Shown here piece after piece: positions 19,022 to 29,172 of a stretch of DNA of 64,000 bases (positions are counted from its first letter, which is position 1; the number at the start of each line of letters is the position of its first letter). This stretch comes from Candidatus Latescibacterota bacterium (GTDB lineage: Bacteria > Latescibacterota > UBA2968 > GCA-2709665): assembly GCA_965116875.1 (NCBI GenBank), contig OZ220733.1:5312001-5376000 (forward strand), in the 5' to 3' direction. The notes beneath the pieces are model-generated. The model was not told the DNA's origin. It worked only from the letters and a program-made list of their open reading frames with translations, and ran no database searches. Made by a program: the position numbers and the translations under genes.

Positions 19022-19993
19022 TCACACTTCTACGGCATCAGCAATGAACTCCTGATATGCTTCGCGATAGTGAGGCTCCCAATCAGCCCGTTCAGGTTGC
19101 CATTGACGGGCGGCCATCCAGCCCAGCGCGATTCTCGTTGCAACATCCAGATCGGGACCCTCGAGGCTCGCGAGTCCCGCTTCGCGGCGTTTGGCGGCCA
19201 TTCTGGGCACGAGATCCCTGTGGCCGGGTCGATTCCTGTCTCCGGAATTCAGGACCTGGAGATAGGCGGTGTCCAGGATCCACGGTTGATGATTCGGGTG
19301 GACGTCGATCAGGACCGCGCGCTCCCCTTCCGGCGGCGGATCTCTCATCAAGCCGTTGCACAGGTGAAAGTCTTCGAAGCAGGTCTCGGATCCACACTTC
19401 GCGAGGATGAACACCCAATGGTCGTCGAGTCTCGACAGAAGCGCATCGACGGGCCCTGGACAACGCCGCCGGACCGCACCCTCAAACCAGGCGGAAACTC
19501 CAGCTTTTGTCGTAACATCCAATGCAGGGTCATTGATCCGCTTCGCCTGCTGATAGAAACGAACCCCCGCGTCCAGCATCAACTCGAACTCCCTCCCGTT
19601 CCAGGAATTTCCCAGTGGGCCATACGGAATGGCTTCCGATGCCAGCCAATGCACGTCAACCTCTCCCAGACGTGATCCGGAGGCACAGACTCTCGGGACC
19701 AGGTTCGGACAAAGGCGATGAAGTTCAGTACACCAGAAATTCTCCCGTGCGCTGGTTCCGACCTTTATGATGACGACCAGACCTGTCTCTCGATGCAACC
19801 CACGAAGATGGACCGCTCTCAATCCGTATTCCTGGACGAACAGCTCGATGTCGCTGACGATTGAAGTGATTTCCTCAGTCTGATTGACGGCGTCGAGGAT
19901 TGCACGCAAGACCGCGTCCGATCTCGAAACTCGTCCATAGTCTCCGAAGATTGTCACAGTCGAACTCCATTCCGGTCCTGGGTGAATTTCCAC
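19022..19993 (-). CDS. phosphotransferase (APH/kinase-like fold) family protein
   Basis: IIKV, CFEDFHLCN (HGDxHxxN-like), VLID. Confidence 0.6.
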   Translation of the reverse strand: MEIHPGPEWSSTVTIFGDYGRVSRSDAVLRAILDAVNQTEEITSIVSDIELFVQEYGLRAVHLRGLHRETGLVVIIKVGTSARENFWCTELHRLCPNLVPRVCASGSRLGEVDVHWLASEAIPYGPLGNSWNGREFELMLDAGVRFYQQAKRINDPALDVTTKAGVSAWFEGAVRRRCPGPVDALLSRLDDHWVFILAKCGSETCFEDFHLCNGLMRDPPPEGERAVLIDVHPNHQPWILDTAYLQVLNSGDRNRPGHRDLVPRMAAKRREAGLASLEGPDLDVATRIALGWMAARQWQPERADWEPHYREAYQEFIADAVEV

Positions 19994-20067
19994 AGACGAT
20001 CCTGGAACTCAGCAATCCGTGAAGCGGATTGAGGATGGTTGAGAATGGATCAGCCCGGCCCGGCGTT

Positions 20068-20415
20068 TCAATCCTCGAAGACCTCAGCCGACAGGTCAAA
20101 AGCGGGGGTATGGATCAGCGAAAGGATCGCCTTCGCTTCAGTGTCGTTCCGGTACCCAAATGGCACACCTTTCGGCACCAGACAGGAGTCCCCTTCTTCG
20201 AGACGGTATTCGTCTGAGCCCAGCACAAAGCTTATCTTCCCCTCAATCACGTAGTAGTACTTGTCCGATCGCGTCGACCGTGCTTTTCGGTGCAGCATTC
20301 CCGGAGGGATCTCGACTATTGCAAGCGAGGAACTATGGTTTTGATCCGGGGTATAGTCTCGAATCTCAAGGCCTTCGAATGCGACACGCTTCGCTGCGCT
20401 GGACTTGACAATCAT
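20068..20415 (-). CDS. cupin domain protein
   Basis: YYYVIEG...GDSCLVPKGVPFGYRN. Confidence 0.85.
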   Translation of the reverse strand: MIVKSSAAKRVAFEGLEIRDYTPDQNHSSSLAIVEIPPGMLHRKARSTRSDKYYYVIEGKISFVLGSDEYRLEEGDSCLVPKGVPFGYRNDTEAKAILSLIHTPAFDLSAEVFED

Positions 20416-20528
20416 CGGAGTCCCCCACGCGTTGTTTGAATGTGGACTCTATTTTGAAATTGTGAGCAACACTTGTCAGATGACCCGTATTCGTGCCAGC
20501 GTCGAGGAACTGATCGGCCGCAGGAACA

Positions 20529-21620
20529 TCAGAAGTGGTCGGGCGCCCAGAAGATGACCTCGCGGCGGGGGAACCAGGCCTCGAGCCGGCGAACGTCGCC
20601 AGCATCCAGCGAGACACCTCGTGCGCGAAGGATGGGTTCCAGGTCGCGGCCGGAGGACTCGCCAAACAGAAGCCGGCACACCCAATCGACGGGCAGCCTG
20701 CCTGCCAACGCCACCGCTTCGGGTGCGGCCATGGCGATCAGGGAATCGAGATCGAAAGGCAGGACCATCATCGAGTTGTCGCCGCCGAGTTCCAGATCGG
20801 CGTCAGCGGCGGCGACCAGAGCGTCCACGAAGGGGTGGTTGTGGGGGATCTCTCCAACGATCTGCGCCACCCCGTCCCTGGCGCACTCGTGGAGCAGGCG
20901 ATCCACCAGGGCCTCAAGGGCGGGGCCGCCCTCATACGCGACCTCATACACCGCGGCCTCCTCACCGCCGCTCTCCCAGTTGATATAACCGCAGAGTCCC
21001 TCGTCGCCTCGCACGACGTTGGTCGGCAACACACCCCGCACCCTAGACGGGACGTAGTCCCAGTACGGCCGCGGACGCAGCATGGTCCCGCTGCGACCGG
21101 CGTTGTGACGCTGATAGAGTGCGACCGTCTCCTCCAGGTCGCGATCCTCGTCGAATGGCAGGACCTCGAACGCGGACCGTCTCGGGGGCGGCGGACGGCG
21201 CAACTCTGCCTGAAAACCCATGAGCGGAACGCAATACCAGCCGAGGCGCCGGTAGAAGCGCGCCGGGATCTCCGTGAACAGCAGACCCAGGTCAAAGCCA
21301 TCGTCGCGCATGTACTCCGCCGCATGCGCCATCAGCCGCGTGGCGATTCCGCGCTTCCGGTATTCGGGATGGGTGGTGACGCCGCCGATGCCGCCCATGC
21401 GTACGGGCGAGACGCCGAGGTGGACCTGCCGGTCCCAGATGCGCAGCGTGGAAACGATCCGGTTTTCCACGACGACGACGGGCGTATGGGACGGGCGCCA
21501 CGTCGGATCGCCTGAGATGTAGCCCCGGTACCGCTCGCGGCCGTCGGGGTTGTGCACGGCGCAGATAAGATCGAGGAGTTCCTCGAGTTCCCACTCGCGG
21601 ATGGGACGAATTTCTTCCAT
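20529..21620 (-). CDS. GNAT N-acetyltransferase, Eis-like tandem GNAT
   Basis: GGIGGVTTHPEYRKRGIATRLM, FYRRLGW. Confidence 0.85.
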   Translation of the reverse strand: MEEIRPIREWELEELLDLICAVHNPDGRERYRGYISGDPTWRPSHTPVVVVENRIVSTLRIWDRQVHLGVSPVRMGGIGGVTTHPEYRKRGIATRLMAHAAEYMRDDGFDLGLLFTEIPARFYRRLGWYCVPLMGFQAELRRPPPPRRSAFEVLPFDEDRDLEETVALYQRHNAGRSGTMLRPRPYWDYVPSRVRGVLPTNVVRGDEGLCGYINWESGGEEAAVYEVAYEGGPALEALVDRLLHECARDGVAQIVGEIPHNHPFVDALVAAADADLELGGDNSMMVLPFDLDSLIAMAAPEAVALAGRLPVDWVCRLLFGESSGRDLEPILRARGVSLDAGDVRRLEAWFPRREVIFWAPDHF

Positions 21621-21672
21621 GGTATCCTTTTCAGCCTGTCGAGCACAGCCTCCGCGCCACGTTTCCCCGAAC

Positions 21673-22539
21673 TCATTCGTCGATTGTCAACGTCAATCCG
21701 TCGTACGCGATTCGGTATCCGTTTGCCGCGGCATACGCGTCGAGTTCGTCGTGCTCCAGGTATCCTTCGTGTGAAATGTGCGTCGCGTAGACGCTCGCAC
21801 CGTCCTTGAGCAGGCCGCTGCGCCGGAAGCGGTCCACGTGACCGATGACGTCAACGGCGGCAAGATGATCTGGCGGGCTGAGTTCGATGCCGACGCCGTA
21901 CGTCTGGTCCAGGATGAGCAGATCGAACCGCGTGCCGGCACGCAGCAGATGCTCCCACACGTGCTCCGGGAGAACCGACGTATCGGTGCCGTAGAAAATC
22001 GAATTCGGTCCCTGCTCGATCGCGTATAGCAGGGCGCCCTCTACCGTTCCGTGGTTCGCGGGATAACCTTTGACCCGATAATTGCCGACAGCCTGCTTCT
22101 CGAACGGCTCGAGGGGCATCGGGTCGATCCGAAGCGCACCGCGGATTTGTTCGCCGAAGATGCTCCCGTACGAGCATCGTCCGGCAAGATCCTCGTCGAT
22201 AGAACTCAGTGTATCGTTCGAACCCGCCAGAATCATGTGCCTGTCGAGAACGGTCCCGTAATCCTCGTGCCTGGCCATGAGGAATTCGGGATCGAAGTGG
22301 TCCTCGTGGGCATGCGTCAGGAGACAGACTTCGATTCCGGTGAGACTGATGCCGAAATCGAACGACGCGGTCGCGACGTCCGGGCCGAAATCCACCATCA
22401 GGTCATCGTTGACAACGATTGACGATCGCCTGCGAAGGTTCTTTCCGCCCGCCCGCCTGGCGCCCGTGCAGGCCTCGCACGTGCAAAAGGGGTTCGGCAT
22501 CGAAGGCGCGGCCGCTGTTCCCAGAAACGTGACTCGCAT
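21673..22539 (-). CDS. MBL-fold metallo-hydrolase, PhnP-like
   Basis: FLGTAA..PNPFCTCEAC, THAHEDH, ATHISH. Confidence 0.85.
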   Translation of the reverse strand: MRVTFLGTAAAPSMPNPFCTCEACTGARRAGGKNLRRRSSIVVNDDLMVDFGPDVATASFDFGISLTGIEVCLLTHAHEDHFDPEFLMARHEDYGTVLDRHMILAGSNDTLSSIDEDLAGRCSYGSIFGEQIRGALRIDPMPLEPFEKQAVGNYRVKGYPANHGTVEGALLYAIEQGPNSIFYGTDTSVLPEHVWEHLLRAGTRFDLLILDQTYGVGIELSPPDHLAAVDVIGHVDRFRRSGLLKDGASVYATHISHEGYLEHDELDAYAAANGYRIAYDGLTLTIDE

Positions 22540-22585
22540 TTCTTATTCAGTCTGATTTGGTACGAACGCAGCAAGCTCAATTCAG

Positions 22586-22630
22586 CCGGAACCCGGAGCC
22601 GCTCCCTGAGCTTGTCGAAGGGTCGGCGAG
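22586..22630. repeat. CTGAGC(C/T)TGTCGAAG palindromic repeat (REP-like); further copies near 27820-27925, 34255-34292, 35394-35500, 39058-39420, 47930-48070
   Basis: recurrent CCCTGAGCTTGTCGAAGGG / CTTCGACAGGCTCAG units in intergenic DNA. Confidence 0.8.
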
Positions 22631-22739
22631 GGACAATAAAAGGCGCTAAACGATCCGTCCGTTTTGCCCACCGGGTATGCCGAGTATCAGATCCACACAT
22701 TTGTGGCTAAGTAACGGACACCCGGGAGATTCCCGCAAA

Positions 22740-23642
22740 TCACTTCAGATGCTCCGTTCGCAGTTCCCGCGACCACTCGAAGTAATCGTACAGCCGTACC
22801 AGTTCGAACTCATCGACAATGTCGGCCGCGGTGCGCTCCTCGGTCTCGCTGTAGATCACCGATGTGCCCACCTCCCCGGTGATGACAATACGTACGTCCT
22901 TGCCGTATTTTCGATGGATATCGTCGAACCTGGCCCGATTCTTGTCGAGATGCACCACTTCGAAGTCCAGATTGATGCGAGCGGAAGCCCAGCTTCTGTA
23001 GTTATTGCTCGTGTCCAGGGTGGTCCCCTGCGGGTCGATGATGGTGCAGGGCGTCCCCCTGTACACCGAGCCCACGAAGTAGGCCTGCACGTCCAGCGCC
23101 CAGAAATTCTGCACCAGCCCGCCGTGGTACATGGAACTGAAGAGGAGCAGTTTCGGCCTGAGCTTCTTGTATTGCGCCCGAAGCTCACCGAAGTTCAGGT
23201 CGAAGCAGATCACTCCACCCACCGGCCCGAATTCGGTGCGGATCAGCGTCGCGCCCGGACCCGGACGGGTGCCGTGATCGAACTCCGGGTATACCGGAAT
23301 GTACTTGCGGTAGATACCGGCCAGTTCCCCACGCCGATCAAGCAGCCCGAGGACGTTGAAGACCGCCTCGCTCTTGGGTTCCTTCTGATGCACCGGCACG
23401 GTGATGTAGCAGTTGTATTCCCGGGCCAGTCCGGCCAGCAGTTGCGTCGTCGGCCCCTCCGGCACTTCTTCGTCGCAGGTGCGGCAAATGGTCTCGGGAA
23501 GGACGATTAGGTCGGGCGTGGTCGCGCGGGCGACCTGTCCCACCAGGTTCGTCAGGTCCTTATGGGTCTGCGCCATCACCTTCTCATCGTCCCCACTGAT
23601 CGGGGCGTACGAAATGCTCGATACAACGATGTAATTGCTCAT
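22740..23642 (-). CDS. carbon-nitrogen hydrolase (nitrilase) family protein
   Basis: E-K-C triad: IVLPE, YRK, ICFD. Confidence 0.9.
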   Translation of the reverse strand: MSNYIVVSSISYAPISGDDEKVMAQTHKDLTNLVGQVARATTPDLIVLPETICRTCDEEVPEGPTTQLLAGLAREYNCYITVPVHQKEPKSEAVFNVLGLLDRRGELAGIYRKYIPVYPEFDHGTRPGPGATLIRTEFGPVGGVICFDLNFGELRAQYKKLRPKLLLFSSMYHGGLVQNFWALDVQAYFVGSVYRGTPCTIIDPQGTTLDTSNNYRSWASARINLDFEVVHLDKNRARFDDIHRKYGKDVRIVITGEVGTSVIYSETEERTAADIVDEFELVRLYDYFEWSRELRTEHLK

Positions 23643-23731
23643 GGGATGGTCCTTTCGTCAGTCGATTCGTGGGACTTGAATACCGTAGTCCATCATCGTG
23701 GATCGTTATCGGACCCGTTCCGGGAGCAGCC

Positions 23732-24100
23732 TCAGGAACGCTTCTCAGGACCGGCACGCGCGCCGACCCAGACCCGATTCCCGTCGGGATCCCGCACTCT
23801 GAATTCCGTCATGCCGTAGAAAGTTTCGCCGATGGTGTCGGGGTCGAATCCGGCGGCAATCAGGCGACCTCGTACCGATTCAATCTCGGACGTATAGTAG
23901 TAAACGACAGTTGCGGCGTTCGATTCCGCGCGTATCGATCGGTCGATCATCACCTGGCAGCCGTGTTCTCCTTCGAGTATGGCGTGGCCCCAATCATCCC
24001 TGCGGCGGACGACCCTCAGACCCAGCCCTCGCGAGTAGAAGGATATCGCCTGATCCAGATCGGTAATCGGAACCATCGCGGTGATGCGATGTATACTCAC
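23732..24100 (-). CDS. VOC/glyoxalase family protein
   Basis: DLDQAISFY...YGMTEFRVRDPDGN. Confidence 0.9.
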   Translation of the reverse strand: MSIHRITAMVPITDLDQAISFYSRGLGLRVVRRRDDWGHAILEGEHGCQVMIDRSIRAESNAATVVYYYTSEIESVRGRLIAAGFDPDTIGETFYGMTEFRVRDPDGNRVWVGARAGPEKRS

Positions 24101-24642
24101 AGTTTTCGCCTCTCTGCTGATTGCTTCAAGGTGGTCAGGCCATGCCTTAAGCGGATCTGCCGCCCGTCATCCCGGACGCCCCCATCGCGGCGCCACCCGA
24201 AGGCCTCGTAGAAAGCAATTCCACGCTCATAGCCCTCTACGGTCCACACGATCGCCTCGTTGTACCCGTCCGCAGCCAGATGACGCAGTGCGACGGACAT
24301 TAATGCCGTGCCTATTCCTGTTCGCCAGTGCAACGGATCGACAGCGATCGTATCGAGTTCGCCCAGGCGCACATCCACCGGATCCCGGCTGGGTCCGATG
24401 CCGGCGACCCCCGCAATTATACCAGAGTCTTCAGCGACCCACCAGCGACGTGGGACGGGTTGAGCGAGATCATGACGCCAGCGTTCAACGAGCGCTGGTG
24501 TCACGGTTCTATCCGCCCGTGATAGCAGCGCGCCAAATCCGGCGTTCCAGGAATCGATGTAAATGCGCGCGACAGTCTCCGCGTCAGCAGAGGTAGCCGA
24601 ACGGATCGTCGGGCGCATTCTTCGTGTCGTGTGAGGATTCAT
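24097..24642 (-). CDS. GNAT N-acetyltransferase
   Basis: IAVDPLHWRTGIGTALM, FYEAFGW. Confidence 0.9.
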   Translation of the reverse strand: MNPHTTRRMRPTIRSATSADAETVARIYIDSWNAGFGALLSRADRTVTPALVERWRHDLAQPVPRRWWVAEDSGIIAGVAGIGPSRDPVDVRLGELDTIAVDPLHWRTGIGTALMSVALRHLAADGYNEAIVWTVEGYERGIAFYEAFGWRRDGGVRDDGRQIRLRHGLTTLKQSAERRKL

Positions 24643-24715
24643 CTGATGGTTTTTTTTTCGCGTAGCCGGTGTCTTTCGAATTATACGAATTCAGCCGAAA
24701 CGCTGTGATCGCCGA

Positions 24716-25237
24716 TCACGTCTGATAGGAAAAGACGACACCAGCGTCCTTGAGATTCCTCGACAGTTCGGACACGGAGTTGACAGGAATAAGCTGGATG
24801 CTCCATCTACGCAAGATCTCAGGCATCGCATAGGTCTCAGAACCGATGGCTTCAACCGGTTCTCTGGAGATGAACTCGTTGCTGGGCGTCTTCGTGAAAT
24901 GGCGCCCCTCGAAAATATAGACATTGGCCACAAACTCCATTATCCGCGTCACATCCTCACGATTCACGAAGATGTAACACTTCCTGGCCAGATCTGTATC
25001 TATGCCGAGGATCGACAGCTTTCGCCTGAACTCATCGGAGTTCCTGACTCTTATTCGATGTATCTTTGGGAACAGGTGTATTGAAATCTCTTCAAAGTCG
25101 CCGGCATAGAGCAGGCAGTCCGGGATGTAGCCTGGTTTGGGCCGTCTGCCGCTGCTCCGGAAGTCATGAGTACGGTAGAATTTCGTTGGATGGAACACCA
25201 AACTCTCGCGTGGAGCAGACACCTTATATAGATGCAT
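24716..25237 (-). CDS. hypothetical protein
   Basis: 173-aa ORF co-oriented with neighbours; no confident motif. Confidence 0.6.
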   Translation of the reverse strand: MHLYKVSAPRESLVFHPTKFYRTHDFRSSGRRPKPGYIPDCLLYAGDFEEISIHLFPKIHRIRVRNSDEFRRKLSILGIDTDLARKCYIFVNREDVTRIMEFVANVYIFEGRHFTKTPSNEFISREPVEAIGSETYAMPEILRRWSIQLIPVNSVSELSRNLKDAGVVFSYQT

Positions 25238-25476
25238 TGTGTCGACACCTGTCTTGCAGCGAAATCAAGCTTCGGACGGTCTTTTTTTGATCGGAACTCA
25301 CAGGGTTCCAAAATTGCCCTTTTCAAATAAACGAGGACAGCGGTGATCGGACCTGGAATTCTCTCCTTACGGGTGGCCGCAGAACGTGGCAAAACCCCGA
25401 AAAACGCTACACCGGACGCAAGCGCCCTGCGACCGAAGGCAATCTGACCGCTATCACGACAAGATCCACCTTAACT

Positions 25477-25625
25477 GGAGCGAGGGCATCCTGCCCTCGA
25501 ATTTCGAACAACCGACGGACTTCCACACCAGGGGCCAATTACTTCCCTTCCATCCGAAGCCACACCTGGAATGGTAACGCAAGGACCCCTCCTATTCGCC
25601 ATCGAGGGCAGGATGCCCTCGCTCC
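25477..25625. repeat. REP doublet (REPIN-like)
   Basis: perfect 24-bp inverted pair GGAGCGAGGGCATCCTGCCCTCGA (25477-25500) / 25602-25625, each with an internal hairpin. Confidence 0.85.
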
Positions 25626-25737
25626 CGGGGACGCCAACCACATCGAACACAAATCAGTTCTTGTCCTGGACAGCCGTGAACGGGAATACACTGATTTATT
25701 CCATTTTTTCATAAATCGGGCGGTTTTGGAATTCAGC

Positions 25738-26192
25738 TCAGGTCCCGGCAGGTCGCATCCGGGTCCGACGCGGTTCTTCGACGGGATCTGAGTTCGGCCA
25801 TCCCGTATATTTGGGGATTCCATCCGACAGATCGAGTACGGCCTCGTCGCAATGAATATGATGCCTTGCTTCGTGGACATAGCCCGACTCGGCCAGCGCC
25901 ATGGCGAAACGACCGTCCTGTCGTTCGCCAGCCGGTTCAACAGTCCGGACCCGCAATGGCTGCACCAATGACGATTGCTTCGTCTATCCTGGTAACTTTC
26001 CAGTAGTTCCTCGCCTTCCGTTATATGTACGGCCTTGTCAGGCCAGGTCGCATAGGCATTGAGGGGCGCCGCGTGCCAGACTCTGCAGGTCTTGCAATGG
26101 CAATATCCCGCAGAAATGGGCGGTCCTGTCACCTGGATTCTAATCTGACCGCAGAGACAGCTGCCTTCGTACGTCACAGCACTCGGTGACAT
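25738..26192 (-). pseudogene. GFA (CENP-V) family protein, frameshifted
   Basis: GSCLCG, CHCKTCR, CSHCGS; C-terminal HIHCDEAVLDLSDGIPKY lies in another frame, consistent with one missing T near 25910. Confidence 0.75.
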
Positions 26193-26351
26193 GTCGCCTC
26201 CCGTTTCATTGGGCATCCGATCCGCTCAGCGTTTTTCAATTGAGAATAGTGCGCAAAATGGCTCCAGTGCAAGCTTCTTCACGAATTTATCCGGACTACC
26301 AATCAACGTCTTCCAGGCGTCGATGCTGTCAGTCACGAGATCGGTCAATAA

Positions 26352-26992
26352 CACAACTGTCCAATAACCGGTTTGATTCACTACGTAGGCCGGGAAAGTG
26401 CGCAAAATAAACGGATGGAAAAACCGTCCACAGCCAGGGCGAAATGTATCCTTTACAAGTGAGCGCAAATGCTATGCAGGGGAGGCCGATAGGCTGGCCA
26501 GTTGTTCGCGCACAAGTTCTTCTACAAAGGGCGCGTACTAAACGTACATTCGAGAATAAGGGAGATTCTTCGCTGCGCTATGATTGGCATATCTTGCGAT
26601 AACACATTGGCGAAACGTGTCGGCCAGGTGACGGCAAAAACTGTCATCCAGAGGAGGCCTGGGTGCAACATCCACGAAGTGCATCGGTTTCACTTGACGC
26701 CAGACTTTCATCCAGGGCCGGCACTCAGGCCGACGAAGGATCTACTGCAGCATGTGATTATCCTTGTGCGGTTTTCACATTTCGATACCTGAGAGGCAGC
26801 ACGTGCGCCACCAACGCGGGACGGAAGCGGCGAACGATGCTTCGACTCCGCTTAGAATGCCAAGTGTTGAAAAAAACGCGAACCCCTGGCAACCTGATTT
26901 TCGTTAACCAGGTCAAACCCGTCCAAAATCGCCAATAGAATCCACTCTCCGAACCTCATCTCCAGGAATCCCCCGGTTCTTGGACAGCAGTG
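26352..26992 (-). mobile_element. MITE family 1 copy B (641 bp)
   Basis: TIRs CACAACTGTCCAATAACCGG / CCGGTTCTTGGACAGCAGTG (17/20); degenerate 9-bp flanks GGTCAATAA / GGGCAATTT. Confidence 0.85.
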
Positions 26993-27240
26993 GGGCAATT
27001 TGAAAAACACCTTGGTGATCTATTCCAGAAAGGAATATATATCGGTTGCGTCAGAAGAATCCCAATTCTCTCGGCAATTGAGCGTACGCGCTCCGAACAC
27101 GAAGGCTGCAACCCCTTATGTTGACTGTTTCATTGCGTAAAATTGTCCTCTTGCAACCATATACGCCGACAGCCCCCTTCGCTCCAGGCAATAAGAGGGC
27201 TGTTGTCAAGGTCGCGCAATCGCCTTGTCTTTTCAATTCG

Positions 27241-27426
27241 CTACACCGATGTCTTCCGGCGTTCTCCACTGTAAAATCCAACCCGCTCGTCCTGGGACAT
27301 ATCTTTCGTCTGCCGATAATGCATCTGGCGAATGAAATGCAATTCCTGCATCATTTCATCATTTGGAAATTCCTTCCGAACTTCCTCCCAAATCTTCTCC
27401 TTCTCAGAAGGTGTTATTTCCTCCAT
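27241..27426 (-). CDS. small hypothetical protein, probable partner of the PIN remnant
   Basis: AGGAG RBS; MEEITPSEKEKIWEEVRKEFPNDEMMQELHFIR. Confidence 0.6.
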   Translation of the reverse strand: MEEITPSEKEKIWEEVRKEFPNDEMMQELHFIRQMHYRQTKDMSQDERVGFYSGERRKTSV

Positions 27427-27436
27427 CGCCGATCTC

Positions 27437-27694
27437 CTACAATTCAGGCGGGGCGATCCGCTATATCGGCCCATAGCCTGTCATCGCATTGATCAAGTTA
27501 ACTTCTCTGCGAATATTCACCCTTACAAGGAGCTTGAAGTTCCAACTGCAAAAATACCCGATTCCATTGGCAACCGCAACTGCAACATGATTGGCATCAT
27601 CTACATGTCTCTCGGAAAAGACACCTCTAACGACGTATTCTCGTGCCAGCGCGTCGGCTTTGCAAAGAATGGGTATTCCCTCCTGAACTCGCAA
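27437..27694 (-). pseudogene. PIN-domain toxin C-terminal remnant
   Basis: DDANHVAVA..YFCSWNFK...NAMTGYGPI*RIAPPEL; N-terminus missing, internal TAG. Confidence 0.7.
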
Positions 27695-27785
27695 TCATCT
27701 GAGAAGCACCATTGATGTTTTACAGCAAAACCTCGACCCAATCTGTGTGCATAATTATTCGCATAACCTGGTTACCGTAAGGCGC

Positions 27786-27985
27786 TAGGGTCCCCCCACC
27801 GCATCAGCCGTCGCCGGTCCCTTCGGCCCTTCGACAATCCTTCGGCAGGCTTGCTTCGACAGGCTCAGCACAAGCAGGACAACGGCTCAGGGACCGCTGG
27901 CTCAGGGCAAGTGTCAGGGGACCGGCTCGGCTTCTGCGACTCCCCCTCAAGGGGGGAGTAATCCGGAGGCGCTGCGAGCCGAGGC
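27786..27985. repeat. composite palindromic repeat (CCCCCCACC...CTCCCCCTCAAGGGGGGAG) with nested CTTCGACA units
   Basis: hairpin CTCCCCC-TCAA-GGGGGGAG; several nested REP half-units. Confidence 0.65.
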
Positions 27986-28212
27986 GGGCGAATGTCAGGC
28001 CGAGCATTATTCGATTTGCTTGTGAAACGCTGCCGTGGCGCGACGTTCTCGACGACGGCGGGGATGAACACAACATCAACCCGCGATCGAGGCGAGTACG
28101 CAACCATCAGATCAATCCTATTACCGGACGCGATGCGTCTGTAAGGTACTTTATTGGGACACCAGGTTTAACACATCGACGCCGAACGTGTCCGTCGATA
28201 CGCAACCCTTAG

Positions 28213-28372
28213 CAGCCCGTTGAAAAAGACCATCCGGGCTACGGCCGGCCCTTGCGGTCGAAATACTGCGTTGCGCCCCCTCGCCGAATCGCTGGATGGG
28301 ACTCGGTTGCGCGCCTTGTCTTCGACCACAATGGCTCGGCCTCGCCTGCAGAGCGACTTTATCAACGGACTG
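28213..28372. mobile_element. MITE family 2 copy 2 (160 bp)
   Basis: same TIRs as 13892-14051; TTAG TSD at 28209-28212 and 28373-28376. Confidence 0.9.
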
Positions 28373-28377
28373 TTAGG

Positions 28378-29103
28378 TCAGTCCTTGGGCTTCGATCGAT
28401 GAAAGTACCACACGTTGGGTTCTCGATACGTGCCTCGATTCGTCTCAAGATCTATCGAGACAGGCGCCAGTCCGTCCGGAATGCAGTAGGATCCCGATGT
28501 TGAAAATCGCATTCCCGTCCATTTCTCCCAGTCCTGGATCGTTGCAGTCACCGTAACCGATTCGTGCATGAAACCCAGTCTCTCGCCACCCAGTTCCTCG
28601 TGGACACGCAGCCACGGATCCAGCAAACGACCCTTCCCATCCCGACGGTTGGCGTACGTTTCAATTGACTCTTCCGGAAAGACGTGCTTCCGACTCGGCC
28701 TTACTGGCGCCAGAAAGCCGCGCAATCCCTTTGCTTCCGACAGAGATCGCATTTCGGAAAGGATCTTTCGACTGAGTCCCTTACGGCGATACATCGGCCG
28801 CACGAGAACGCCGACAGCACAGAGTACACCCGCGGTCCTCAAGGGCCAATGGGCCGGATCAACCACCTCGTCAATCGAAGAAGGCAAACGACCGTCGTGT
28901 ATCCACTCGAGCGGAACGGACAGGCCCGCGGCCACCAGGGCATTGTGTTCGAGGACGAGGATCTGGAAGCCCTGAAACTCGGTGTAAATGGAAGACCAGT
29001 TCCTTACGTCCGAGCGCAATAGAAACTCGGGCCAGGTGGCATCGTTGAGTTCCTTCAAGGCGCCGGACATCTCGGGCATACGGTCAAGCGTAACCAGTTC
29101 CAT
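28378..29103 (-). CDS. GNAT N-acetyltransferase
   Basis: VRPMYRRKGLS, APVRP, DPWLRVH..LGG, YREPNVW. Confidence 0.85.
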   Translation of the reverse strand: MELVTLDRMPEMSGALKELNDATWPEFLLRSDVRNWSSIYTEFQGFQILVLEHNALVAAGLSVPLEWIHDGRLPSSIDEVVDPAHWPLRTAGVLCAVGVLVRPMYRRKGLSRKILSEMRSLSEAKGLRGFLAPVRPSRKHVFPEESIETYANRRDGKGRLLDPWLRVHEELGGERLGFMHESVTVTATIQDWEKWTGMRFSTSGSYCIPDGLAPVSIDLETNRGTYREPNVWYFHRSKPKD

Positions 29104-29172
29104 TAACGAGATCGCATTGCAAGAAATCGAGGACGCCGTTATCTTCAGACGTTGATGTGTGCAGCCAAAAGT

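Noticed and set aside
27804-27930. Possible CRISPR-like array in the clustered CTTCGACA repeats
   Set aside because: No regular repeat-spacer periodicity and no cas genes; the units are nested palindromes
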